From: Vicugna vicugna
Taxonomy: Eukaryota
Assembly: GCA_013265495.1 (NCBI GenBank)
Contig: MU061578.1
Span: forward strand, 4,847,308-4,911,307
Direction: 5' to 3'
DNA length: 64,000 bases
Part shown: one piece after another, positions 37,847 to 49,840 of the stretch
How the letters are laid out: every line of letters begins with the position of its first letter
How positions within the stretch are numbered: position 1 is the first letter of the stretch
Made by a program: the position numbers and the translations under genes
Notes under the pieces: model-generated
What the model saw: the letters and a program-made list of their open reading frames with translations, nothing else
What the model was told of the DNA's origin: nothing
Databases searched by the model: none

Positions 37847-39697
37847 GTATCAGCTCACAATTCTTCTTCCAAAAACTTGAGAAATGTGCACAGAGGCTTC
37901 TGTTTCAGTCTGACAGTGGTTACAAGGTACATTTCATGATAGGTTTTAATTCCGTTCTATAATGTTACCCTCAAAATTAGGAGTATAACGTAAAGTGTCC
38001 TGTTTTCTGTCATAAAGTTAAATGACTGGATGGAAGGTCTAGATAATCTCTCTTGAAACAGTCTTGCATGTGCCAAACACCTCTTGCCAGGGATACCCTG
38101 GACCTTAGCCATTGGATGGCTACCTTTGTTTTGCCAGCAGTTTTTACAAAACCACATCAAACAGTAAACCAGATTTCACGGTTGTCTTCCAAATGCAGAA
38201 CTGTTTGCTCTTTCACCAGTGTTTGCTGAGCCCTGCACTGGCTAAGGACTCCCCCAGAAGGATGTCTGGATGTAAGCTCTGTACTCTGGCGTGTCCTCCA
38301 GAGCATTATTTTTTTGTTTGGAGTGTTCCATTCTTCCAATAGGATGAGCCCAAGGATCGGTGGTGTCCTCTGTATGACTGATGCTGTATGACTGATGCTA
38401 TAGTCAAAGTGCCAGCTCCTTACTTTGCATCACCTTCCTCTGCCTGCGGGATCAAGTGGATCACATCCTAGCTCAGGGCATTCATGGAAAGCATGGTCAT
38501 TCCAGCTCCTTCACATACTGTGGTAGCAGCTAGGGATGCTCCAGGCTTCACCCAATTTGCTGTGACTTAAAAAGGCAGGGATTTTGTTTTCTTTTTCCAC
38601 ACAAAAAGCAGTCTGCAGGCTCGTGGTTCTGGCCTGATTTCAGCTGCTCAACAAAGCCGTTCCAGCTCTTTCTGCTCACTTGCTTTCGCTGGAGTTTCCC
38701 TGGGCCAGTGGAAGCATGTAGCTTTCATCTCTGTGCTTATCAGTTCAGGGTGGCAAGACGGCTGCTGCAGCTTTTATAGGGAAAGACAAGAGCAAAGGGC
38801 GTTCTTGTGGAGAGATTTTTTTTCCTTCTTTCTTTTTTGCCCTTCAGTAGATCATCCTATATTCTTACTGCCCAGAAGTCTGTCACATGTCCACCTCTGC
38901 AGAAGAGGGACTGAGAAGTCAGGGAAGAGGACTGTCATACTTGATTTAAAATAACCACCACCAAATGGATGTGGGAGGAGAGGAATTTGCCAAATTCCTT
39001 TCAGCGGCACTTTGCTCCTAAACACAATTAGATAAATTGTGGGAAGAAGTGCTGCATCCCACCCAACTGTAGTGTCTGCACTCCAGACCTGGAGTCCAGC
39101 CCGAATGCAGTCAGACAGGACAGAAACTGTCTGAGGCGTGTACTGAAGTGTGATGTTGTTTCTGAGAGTGGCACTGTGGGTGATTTTATTTTCTTCCTTA
39201 TATCCTTATATATGAATCACTTACACAATAAGAAAAAATAAATGGTATTTAAAATACTGGAAACATTTGATTTAGAGAACAGGCCTCTCTGTCTGGGATT
39301 CTCTCTGTAGATCAACACCTCCCACAAGAGGTGGCCCCTTTTTCAGGGGCTTAGCCAGGTAATGCAGAACAAGGTGTAGCTCGAGAAGCAGGGAAAAGAT
39401 GTTCTGTTTGAGCTCTGAGCCCTTCGTCCTTGAGCTCTGGCCTCTGTGGCTCTGGTGCTGTACTACCAGGTTCCAGAGGCCACAGAGGCCCCCCTGGCAT
39501 TGCTCCCAGTCAGGTTCCTCAGTAGCTCCAGGAAGCTAAACTCTGACACAAGGGCTCCTTTTATAGCTGTCCACTTGGATTCCTGCTGATGAACTTAGAA
39601 GGGAAGTTGGTGTGGGTGCCCGACCTGTCATAGGTTCTTCAGAAATGCCACGTGTGGGTGCACGTTATTTGTTGGTCATACTCTGGCTTTTTCACAG

Positions 39698-39827
39698 GTG
39701 TTTTACAAGGGAAGGGATGAACACATAGCAGTCAAAGATCTGACCATGAATCTGTACCGGAGGCAGATCACTGTTCTCCTGGGACACAATGGATCAGGCA
39801 AAACCACCACTTGCGGCATGCTCACAG
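39698..39827 (+). pseudogene. ABCA17: Coding exon 11 (NBD1 Walker A GHNGSGKT)
   Basis: ttcacag acceptor, 130 nt open, Walker A at 39782-39805, gtatac donor. Confidence 0.93.
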
Positions 39828-42187
39828 GTATACGTGTGGGGTCAGCCCTCCTGAGGAACCCTGAAGAAACTGTTGAACAGATCTAGATTTTTGGCTCCAT
39901 TGCCCCTTATTAGATTTCACTGACATTTTTGTTTGTTGTTTATTGTTTGCTTATTTGGGTTTTTTTTTTAACCATCTATGAAGTACCTGATTGTTCACAT
40001 TATCCTGTACTGGGGAAAAGAAATCTTTGACTCAGTCAGTTGGAGAAACTTAACGTTCATACACTATCAAGAAGCCATGGACACTATTTCGAATGTGTCT
40101 TTCCAGGTAGAACTTCCAGGTACAGTGAGGCACCATTAATCTCTCAACCCAACAATTCATCCATTTACTTTTGATTGTCAGGGGCATTTTAGAATGATAC
40201 CTGGTGAATTATTCTAAAATTATTTGTTTCAGAATAATTTGTATGTCTAAATAATTCTTTTTTATTGAAGTATAGTCAGTTTACAATGTTGTGTCAATTT
40301 CTGGTGTACAGCGTAACGTTTCAGTCATGCATATACCTACATATATTCGTTTTCACATTCTTTTTCATTATAGGTCACTACAAGATACTGAATATAGTTC
40401 CCTGTGCTATACCTAAGAAACTTGTTGTTTATCTATTTTATATATAGGCCTAAATAATTATGTCACATTCCATCAACTAAAATAATATTCTGATATTTGA
40501 AAACTCATTCATTCAAGAAATATATATTTATTGAAGGCTTAACCTGTGTAAAGCTCTATATGAAACCAGTGAGATGCATTTCCAGATTTCAAGGATCTCT
40601 GAAAGCCAACCAGCTCTTCTGTGTTGCATACCGAACCCCAAACTGCTGGGAAGCTTTGAGCACTTCAGAGTCAGGCTGCCGTGATTCTTCTCAGAGGTTG
40701 CCAATGCACTTTCCATCGGAGACATTTGAAGAGCAGCAATATTGTGAAGCTTAGTCTGTGGTGCCTTTGGTTTTGGGACTTTAAAAACCAAGTTTCAGCC
40801 CATCAGACACACACACTGGGTGGGCTATGGGTGAAGCAGGACTAGGGACTGAACGTGGCCAGTTTCTGGGACTGAGGTGGAGTAGTGTCGCTGGGTGGGT
40901 GGTCCTCACTCAGGTATAGGCACTGCTGCTCCTGGCAGCATGACCATTTAGGAAAGGCCACCCTTCCTATGTAGACTTGTGAGGTCCTCGGTTCCTGCAG
41001 GGTGTTCCAGCTAGATGCCGGGCTAAGTGATCAAGGAGGTAAGTCTAGTACGAGCACTGAAAAAGGAGGCCAACTGATGTAAACACTCCACAGGCTCTCC
41101 CCTGTTACCTTCCCTTTTATTGTGTTCCCCCATACTCATCACAGTCGTACTCATCCCCTATCCCTCACCCCAGGATACCTGTTCTGTTAATTTCTGGATC
41201 CACAGTGCCTGGGACAGTGCTTGGCAAAGGATAAGCACTCAATAAATACCACTGAATGAATGACTGAATGAGTTAATTAACATAATTGCGAATTCTGCCA
41301 AAATGCAGACCATGAATGATACATCAGAGAAACAGTCATGGCTTTCTACTGGCAGTGACAGGGCGTAGAAAAAAGCCAGTGCTGCCCTGGAGAAAGTGAC
41401 TCCGCTGAAGGACACAATGAGATTCAGTAGCCCTGAAGATGCTGAGCTGGGAAGGGAAAACCTGGGTGATTGCTCGGGACAGCAGACATTGAGGGGCTTC
41501 TACCTCATATTGTTTGCAGAGAGGCCCAAAATTTAGTATAGGAATGTTTTGTGTTTTAAGCCCTATTTCTCCACCCAGTAAAGTTATGTGGTTTTTAGTT
41601 CTTCTATGAGTTCTTCTACTTAGTTATTCCATTGTTATGATTATGCCTGAGAAGACTTTTACATTCATTGTAGAGTAGTATCGCTTTTTTTCCTCAATGA
41701 TGGATGCTTTATTATCCCAGCCAAAGTGGAAGAACTAAAAACCCCAGTCAGTGGGTAGTCTGGCAGTCAGTATCAAAAACCTTTAAAGTCTTGTCCCCTT
41801 TTTGACCTACCAGATCTACTTGTATTGGTTTAGTTAGAAAATAATTGGGGAAGCAAGCAAAATTACATCACATGTTTATGCTTGTGAAAAATTGCAAATA
41901 ACCTAAGTATCTACCAGTGACGGTTGAATAAATAAATAGGATATATTCATAATAGCAAAATCTTAAATATTATATAGATTTTGTTGATGTGGACAAATGG
42001 CCTCAATACATTGCTGTATGAAAAAGCCAGCTAAAAAACCAAAATTTATATTTTCTCATTTTTGCTGAAGATTAATATGATATGTGAGTCAGCATATGCA
42101 TAAAAAATACATAAAGCTATATAGTACAATATTAACAGTGGTTATGTTTTAATTATGGGACTTGTATAACCTTTGTTTTCTTTCTTT

Positions 42188-42211
42188 TGTGTGTGTGTGT
42201 GTGTGTGTGTG
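42188..42211. repeat. (TG)n microsatellite
   Basis: About 12 TG units. Confidence 0.95.
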
Positions 42212-42978
42212 CGCCAATCCATGTTTTTTTTTTAATTGAAGTACAGTTACAATGTGTCAATTTCTGATACACAGCACAATGTCCCAGTCAAGCAAATACA
42301 TAGTATATTCACTTTTATATTCTTTTTCATTAAAGGTTATTACAAGATATTGTATATAGTTCCTTGTGCTATACAGAAATAACTTTTTTTAAATCTTTTT
42401 TTATATATAGTGGCTATACCTTTGTTTTCTTATACTTTCTTCTCCAAACCTTGTTGCATAGACATTTATTGCCCCTTTTCAATCTTAAAAATATACTTGG
42501 AATAAGAAAATGAGAATAAAGACAAAGATATGCAGATGAGCAGCCAGCCAAGTTTTACACTGACATACCTTTGGTAGGGCGTGGAATCATTCATTGGTTC
42601 ACTAGGATTTATTGGGAATTTATTGGGAACCAGAGATAAATCAGTTATGGATCGTGCCTTCAAGGATCCCAAGTTGAACTGTTAGATGCCCAAAATACTT
42701 TTCTTCTTGATCATTTACTTATACGTCTGTATTTTTTTCACTTAACCCAATTGGAGCTCCTCAAAAGCAGCATCTCCTATCTCTACTATCCCCAAATGTC
42801 CTTGTACACTGTCATAGAACACAGGATCCTTGGATGTTACTGACTGACTGTGACAAGAAGAATAGGATGGTATGTGTGAGAACAAGCAAACAAAGCAGAG
42901 GGCATCATTAAGCCTTTGTGCTGCTGTGGCTCTGACTGACGGTGACTTCAGGATATTATGTCTTCCACTTGCTTCTAG

Positions 42979-43133
42979 GTCTTATTCCCCCTTCAGGTGG
43001 ACAGGCATATATCAATGGATGTGAAATTTCGCAAAACGTGGTTCAAATCCAGAAGAGCATGGGCTGGTTCCCCCAACATGACATCTTGTTTGATAACTTG
43101 ACAGTAGCAGAGCATCTTTATTTCTACACTCAG
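42979..43133 (+). pseudogene. ABCA17: Coding exon 12 (Q-loop, [16 protein letters not shown])
   Basis: ttctag acceptor, 155 nt open, gtgagt donor. Confidence 0.93.
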
Positions 43134-43309
43134 GTGAGTCAGTGGGTGATAGACTTGGGGATGGTAAGATAGCCTGCAGCAGTCTGACTCAACTTGCTTA
43201 GAGGGACTTGACACCTCTTATGGATACTATTCCCTAAACAGTCAGGAAAAGGGATGGGTGTGGCATTTAAGATTTTTGAGTTAAAGAGTTCTAAAAGGTA
43301 ATTTTAATT

Positions 43310-44520
43310 TTATGTATTTACTTTTTGGGGAGAAAATTCACATAACATAAAATTCATCATTTTGCTTATTTTACAATGTAAAATTCAATAATTTAAAAAA
43401 TTGTATTCACAATGCTGTTCAACAACCACCACAATTTAATTTCAGAGCATTTTCATCACCCTAAAAATAAAACTTGGATCCATTAGCAGTCACTCCCCAT
43501 TATTCCTTTCCCCTAGCCCCTGGCAACCACTAATCTGCTTTCTGTCTCTATGGATTTGACTATTTTGAATAGTTCATATAAAAGGAATCATACAAAATGT
43601 GGCCTTTGGTGTCTGGCTTCTTTCACTTAACATAATGTTTTCCCAATTTATCCATGTAGTAGCCAGTATCAATACTTCACTCCTTTTGATGACTGAATAA
43701 TACTCCATTGTATGGAATTGTATGCCACATTTTGGTCATCCTTTCATCAGTTGATGGACATCTGGGTTGTCTGTACCTTTTGGCTTTATGAATAGTGCTG
43801 CTATGAATATTAGTCTTCAAGGTTTTGTTTAAATACCTATTTTCAGTTCTTTTGGATAGACCTAGGAGTGAAATTTACAGGTCATAAGGTTTAACTCTGC
43901 CTTTAACTTTTTCTTTTTACTTTTTGAGGAACTTACATTTTAGTAGCTATGAAATGGTATCTCATTGTGGTTTTGATTTGCATTTTCCTGATGACTAATG
44001 ATATGAAATGTCTTTTCATTGGCTTATTGATCATTTGTTTATTTCTTTGGAAAAATGTCTATTCAAGTCTTTTGCCCATTTTTCAGTTGGGTTGCTTAGC
44101 TTTTTATAGTTGAGTTGTGAGAGGTTTTTTTTTATATATTCTAGATATTAGACCATTACCAAATATATGATTTACAGAAAATTTCTCCCATTCTATGAAT
44201 TATCTTATCCCCTTGTTGATAATGCTCTTTGATGCACAAAAGTTTTAAATTTTGACAAAATTCAACTTATCTATTTTTTCTTTAGTTGCTTATGCTTTTG
44301 ATGTCATATTTTAAAAAACACTGCCTAGGATTTACACCTATGTTTCTTTCTAAGAGTTTCGTAGTTTTAGCTCTTACATTTAGGTCTTTGATTCATTTTG
44401 AGCTGATTTTTTTTACATGGTGTGAGGTAGGGGTCAAATTCATTCTTTTGCATGTGGATAGCCAGTTGTCCAGCACCACTGGACTGAGACTATTCTTTCC
44501 CCACTGAATGGTCTTGGCAC
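43310..44520 (-). mobile_element. Old L1M 3' portion
   Basis: aaaattcacataacataaaattc...cccctggcaaccactaatctgctttctgtctctatgg...aaaatgtctattcaagtc motifs. Confidence 0.8.
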
Positions 44521-44525
44521 ATATA

Positions 44526-44955
44526 TGGTCACGTCTGGGAGAGTCTCAAGTGAAAAGCTTCTGTGTCCTCAGAATGCATCACCCTCCTAAGCACAGCACT
44601 ATATAGAGGGTAACTCACCTAAGATTCAAGTGTCCAGTTTTTATTGGAGTTTCATTACATAGGCATGAATGATTGAATCATGGGCCTCGTGACTGAACTC
44701 AATCTGCAGCCTTCCCCTGCCAGCAGGTTGAGAGGTCAGATTGATATCATGGCTCAAAACCTCAACCCTTTAATCACATAGGTTGGTCTTTTGGGTGCAA
44801 CCAGCCCAGATCCTGTGTCACTTCATTAGCATAAATTCAGGTGTGGCCTGAGGGTACTACCATAAATAACAAAGACACTCCTATCATTCCAAGGATTTAG
44901 AGGCCCCTCCCAGTAACTGGGGACAAAGGCCAGCCAGATTCTTTATTATATCATA
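44526..44955. mobile_element. ERV LTR fragment (MER21-like)
   Basis: ttcattacataggcatgaatgattgaatcat...cttcattagcataaa...aataacaaagacactcctatca resembles MER21 (from memory). Confidence 0.6.
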
Positions 44956-45570
44956 CTTACCCATTAATTTTCTTTTAATTGAAGTACAATCAATTACAGT
45001 GTCAATTTCTGCATGCATATACATATATATTCATTTTCATATTTTTTCATTAAAGGTTATTACAAGATATTGAACATAGAAAAACTTTTTAAAATCTATT
45101 TTTATATATAGTGGCTATCATTTGTAAATCTCAAACTCCCAAATTTATCCCTTCCCCTTCTTTCCCCAGTAACCATAAAATTGTTTACTATGTCTGCAAG
45201 TCTGTTTCTGCTTTGTAGATGAGTTCATAGTGTCCCTTTCTTTTTTTTTTTAGATTCCACATATGAGTGATATCATATGGTATTTTTCTTTCTCTTTCTG
45301 GCTTACTTCACTTAGAATGACGATCTCTAGGTCCATCCATGTTTCTGCAAATGGCATTATTTTATTCTTTTTTATATATTGACTCTCCCATGCATTCCTG
45401 GGATAAATCCCACTTGGTCATGGTGTATAATCCTTTTAATATGCTGCTGTATTTAATATTATTAAGTCATATATTTACATGGTTCAAAATGCAAAAGCTT
45501 TTTGTCCATCCCTTTCCCTGATGGTAGTAAGTTTCTTATGTATGTTTCTTGTGTATTGTTTATGTATATA

Positions 45571-46179
45571 CAGTAGTCCCCCCACCTTATTCCCAAGGGA
45601 TTCATTCCAAGACCATCAGTGGATGCCTGAAATCTCAGATGATATCAAACCCTATATATACTATTTTTCCCTATACATACATACCTATAACAAAGTTTCA
45701 TTTATAAATTAGGCACAGTAAGACATCAACAGCTATAACTAATAATAACATTGAACAGTTACAACAATATACTGGAATCAAAGTTACGTGAATGTGGTCT
45801 CTCTCTCTCCGAATATCTTACTGTACTATACTTACCGGTTTCCCTGTGTTGATGTGAGATGATAAAACTCCTACGTGATGAGATGAAGTGAGGTGAATGA
45901 GGTAGGCTTTGTGATTTGTATTAGGCTCTTGACCTTCTGATGTATCTTCAGAAGGAGGCTTGCCTGCTCCAGATGATCCCAGATCACCAAGTCATGATGA
46001 TGTTGGTGCTGCGGATCCCGAGCAGGACAGAGCAGAATGACATGAGATACCAGGGTTCAAGATACTCACAGTGGTGCACAATTTAAAATTTATGAGTTGT
46101 TTATTTCTGGAGTTTTTCATTTAATATTTCCAGACCACAGTTGACTGTGGGGAAACCTCAGATAAGGGGAGTTCTACTG
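45571..46179 (-). mobile_element. Tigger-family MITE (MER44-like)
   Basis: Terminal inverted repeats CAGTAGTCCCCC...TTAT / ATAAGGGGAGTTCTACTG, with TA duplications on both sides. Confidence 0.85.
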
Positions 46180-46256
46180 TACAAGCAAAATGTCTGTTGG
46201 GTGGGCCAGCCTCCCATCAGAAGCCCCTGTGAGATCTCTGTCCCCTGCTGTTTCAG

Positions 46257-46412
46257 CTGAAAGGCTTGTCGCACCAGAAGTGCCCTGAAGAAGTCGAACG
46301 CATGCTGCACATTGTTGGTCTGGAGGACAAGCGGGACTCCCGGAGCAGGTTCCTGAGTGGGGGGATGAGGCACAAGCTCTCCATCGGCATCGCCTTCATA
46401 GCGGGCTCCAAG
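46257..46412 (+). pseudogene. ABCA17: Coding exon 13 (ABC signature LSGGM)
   Basis: tttcag acceptor, 156 nt open, gtacag donor. Confidence 0.93.
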
Positions 46413-46706
46413 GTACAGGGGCAGCGGGGCCTGGGATCCTGGCCAGGGCCCCCACAGGCAACAGACAAACACGATGAGCAGCAGGGTCCAGAAGTATTGC
46501 CTTCCAGCTCCCATTTGGCCTGGGCTTGCTGCAGGCCTGCCAGCCATGGCCCAGGCACCTCAGCCCTGGATGCCCTGGATGGGCGGTTTGGTGGATGGTA
46601 CTGCTGCATCTTCATAGACCTCAAGCCACACAGGGCCTATAGCCCAGCAGTCTGGGCCTGGAACACGGCTCTGCCATCATCACAAGGCTGTTCCTCTGCC
46701 CTCCAG

Positions 46707-46917
46707 GTGCTGATGCTGGATGAACCCACCTTGGGCGTGGACACCATCTCTAGGAGGGCCATCTGGGCCCTTCTTTAGCAGCACAAGACTGACTGCAACA
46801 TCCTGCTGACCACCCACTTCATGGATAAGGCCGATCTGCTGGGGGACCACATCGCCATCATGGCCAAGGGGGAGCTGCAGTGCTGCGGGTCATTGCTGTT
46901 CCTCAAACAGAAATACG
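46707..46917 (+). pseudogene. ABCA17: Coding exon 14 (Walker B, H-loop) with nonsense codon
   Basis: VLMLDEPT...AIWALL*QHK...[30 protein letters not shown] at 46776-46778; 211 nt; gtgagc donor. Confidence 0.93.
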
Positions 46918-47329
46918 GTGAGCGGCCAGTGGTGGGCAGTGGGGCGGGGTCTGTTTCATTTAGGGTCAGCGTTGTTGGTCCCGTGTGCTGGACAAAGTGC
47001 CCACTGTTAACGTTCCTGAAAGGCCCTGAGATCAGACAGGGAGAGGCCTTTTCTAGATGTCCTGTTCTGCTGCCTCTGGACAGAGACCCAAGGCCCCAGG
47101 CAGAAGGAGTTGTGAGAATGAGGAAGGAATAAAGCAAAAAGAATGTCTGAGAATGTGAGTCAGAAGGCCTGTGATTGAGTTCCACTCTGCAAGTTTACTG
47201 CCTCTTCATCCTGGTGGCCAAATTGATCCATTCTTTTTTAGCCTTAGTTTGCTCATCTATACAGTGGAGATTAAGATACCATGTTCCTCAAAGAGTGAGA
47301 TAGTGCATGCAAAATTGTGAGTTATTTCC

Positions 47330-48402
47330 ACAACTGGTTGTACTCCTCATTGGCGTCCGACCACAGACATCCTCCCCTGTTGTCCTTGACCCCATACCTC
47401 TCGGTTTCCTCTTATGTCTCTGGCTGCTCCTTTGCATCACCTCTAAACATGGAAGTGCCTCAGCTGCTTCACTTTTTCTTTAATGCCCACTGACTTAGTG
47501 ATCTCATCCAGTGTCCTGGCTTCTCTGTGCTGAAAACTGTATGTATCTCAACTGAACTCCAGGTTTGTGTATCTAACTGCCTACTCCACACCTCCACGTA
47601 GATGGTGAATGGACCTGTCAGACTTGTCCAAAGCCTGTGCAGAGCTGAGCTCCAGCTCTTTACAACCAAGCCCTTTCCCCCACAGTAAAGCAGCTCTGTT
47701 CTTCTAGAAGCTTGATCAAAACCTTGGAGGCTCCCTAATCCTCTCTCATAGCCCGTATCTGATCCATCTGCAAACCCTAATGACCTCACCTTCCTCCCAT
47801 CTCTACCACTTGCTATCACCCTGGTCCAGGCCTCCATCCCCCTACCTAGATTATTACAATTGCTTTCTAAGCCACCCCTAGCCTCTGCCCTGTTGTCAGA
47901 ATGAGCATGTCACTTGCTGAGTCCTCCAGTGACTTTTCGTCCCACTGGGAAGACAAGTCAGAGTCCTTGGCCTGGTCCTGTTACCCCGACTGCACTTCCT
48001 AATGCTCTTTTGCTTCCTTGCTCTGCTCCTGCCTCATGGCCCCGTGCTGAACCAGCATGCCAGGCCTGCTCCTTCCTCCAGGCCTGCGTGTTGCCATGCC
48101 TTCTATTCCGCAGGTCTCCAGTCCTTATACAGATGTCACAGTGAGGCCTTCCTCGTGACCCTGTTTAAAATCACAATCCCTGATACTCTGTATCACCTTC
48201 CTTGTTCATCTTTCTCCTCAGCATTTGTCACTAATAGTCTATATTTTTTGCTTATCTGTCTTATTATCTATCTCACATCCCTTTAGTAAAAGCCCTTTGA
48301 GAGTAGGGAGTTTTGACTATTTGGTCCACTGCTATATGCTCAGTACCTAGAAGAGTGCCTGTCACATCATAAGAGCTCAATAAGTGTTTGTTGAATGACT
48401 AA
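47330..48402 (+). mobile_element. L2 LINE 3' fragment
   Basis: Ends ...gtgcctgtcacatcataagagctcaataagtgtttgttgaatga (L2 3' terminus). Confidence 0.8.
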
Positions 48403-48831
48403 ATTGCTAGCAATGTAGTAACAAGCATTTCTAGTAATTTCTGAAAGAATGTTTAGGATACCATAAGGTAGCTATCCTCAAAAACACAATTTAATTATGA
48501 TAGAGGTATCTTTATTCTTAACCTTACTGTTCAAGGCCCCTGTCTACTAAGTTTTCACTTCCCCACATTAGTTATCCCTGAAAGGGAGTGTTGCCGTTAA
48601 TGCAGCCTTTCTTTGTGTTGCCTAGCATTGCTAAATGTGCTATTATCACCTCCCAACCATGGAATAGAAGGTAAGACTCTTAAGAATAGCATTACAGACC
48701 TTCAGAGGCATGTTCTTTGTGGTTTAAATTTGACTCCATGGGGCCCTCCAGCTTTTCTTTCCTGTGTCCAGAGCTGTCCTTTTCTAAGCTACAGAACACT
48801 AAATGTGGCTATAAAGAATGAACTGTTTCAT

Positions 48832-48982
48832 GTGCAGGATATTATATGACTTTAGTGAAAAAATCTGATTGTAACACAGAGACAGTTTCTCATCTGATTT
48901 GTCATCACATACCAAATGCAATTTACCAGCCTAGCACTGGAGAAGAAATAACATTTATACTTCCTCAAGAGAGCACGCACAG
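48832..48982 (+). pseudogene. ABCA17: Coding exon 15 with mutated acceptor (AG to AT)
   Basis: GAGYYMTLVKKSDCNTE...ITFILPQESTHR, 151 nt, preceded by tttcAT rather than tttcAG; gtatgg donor. Confidence 0.85.
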
Positions 48983-49313
48983 GTATGGACCCAAGAGGAC
49001 TGGAGTGATAGCTTGCATGTACCAGATGTCCCTGCCCTCACCAAGGGCACTATTCTGTAGTGATCTGGATCCTTGGGCCTTTGGTACTTCCTAGAGAGAC
49101 ACCACATCCCAGCTAGAGTGCACCTGAAAATACAGGACTCTGATCATGTCACTTCCCTCCTTAAAAACCCTTGATGGCTCCAGGTTACCTGCAAGTTAAA
49201 GTCGAATTCTTTAATACGGCTTTACAGGGGCCCTTGATTGCGGGTACTCTAATTACCTGCACCTGAGTAACTGAGCTTAGATGAAGATTTTACTTGATTT
49301 TTCCATTAACTTA

Positions 49314-49791
49314 CAGCAGGCCCTTGAACAACACAAGTTTGAGGGTAGGTCCGTTTATACATGGATTTTTTTTTCTTTTTTTAGCACCTTTATTGTGGTA
49401 GATTCCTTTACAGTAAAAGACATATATTTCAGATGTATAATTTGATGAATTCTGATAGATGTATACACCAATGAAACCACTACCACAATCAAGATAGCTA
49501 ACATTTCCATCACTACCCAAGAGGTGCTAATTTCAAATTCCCAATTTATCTCTTCCCACCTCTGTTACTCCCTGGTAACCATAAGGTTGTTCTCTATGTC
49601 TGTGAGTCTGTTTCTGTTTTGTAGAGAAGATCACTTGTGTCTTTTTTCTCATATTCCACATATAGGTGATATCATATGGTATTTTTTATTCTCTTTCTGG
49701 TTTACTTCACTTAGAATGACAGTCTCCAGGTCCATCCATGTTGCTGCAAATGACATTATTTTATTTTTTATGGCTGAGTAGTATTCCATCA

Positions 49792-49840
<49 letters not shown>

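Noticed and set aside
38372..38400. 14-bp tandem duplication (tgtatgactgatgc x2)
   Set aside because: Ordinary slippage duplication with no further structure; no CRISPR-like or other periodic array was seen in the window
46266..46778. 170-aa ORF reading through the 294-nt intron between exons 13 and 14
   Set aside because: The intron has canonical GT/AG ends, the inserted peptide has no ABC similarity, high GC lowers stop frequency, and the ORF ends at the nonsense TAG in exon 14
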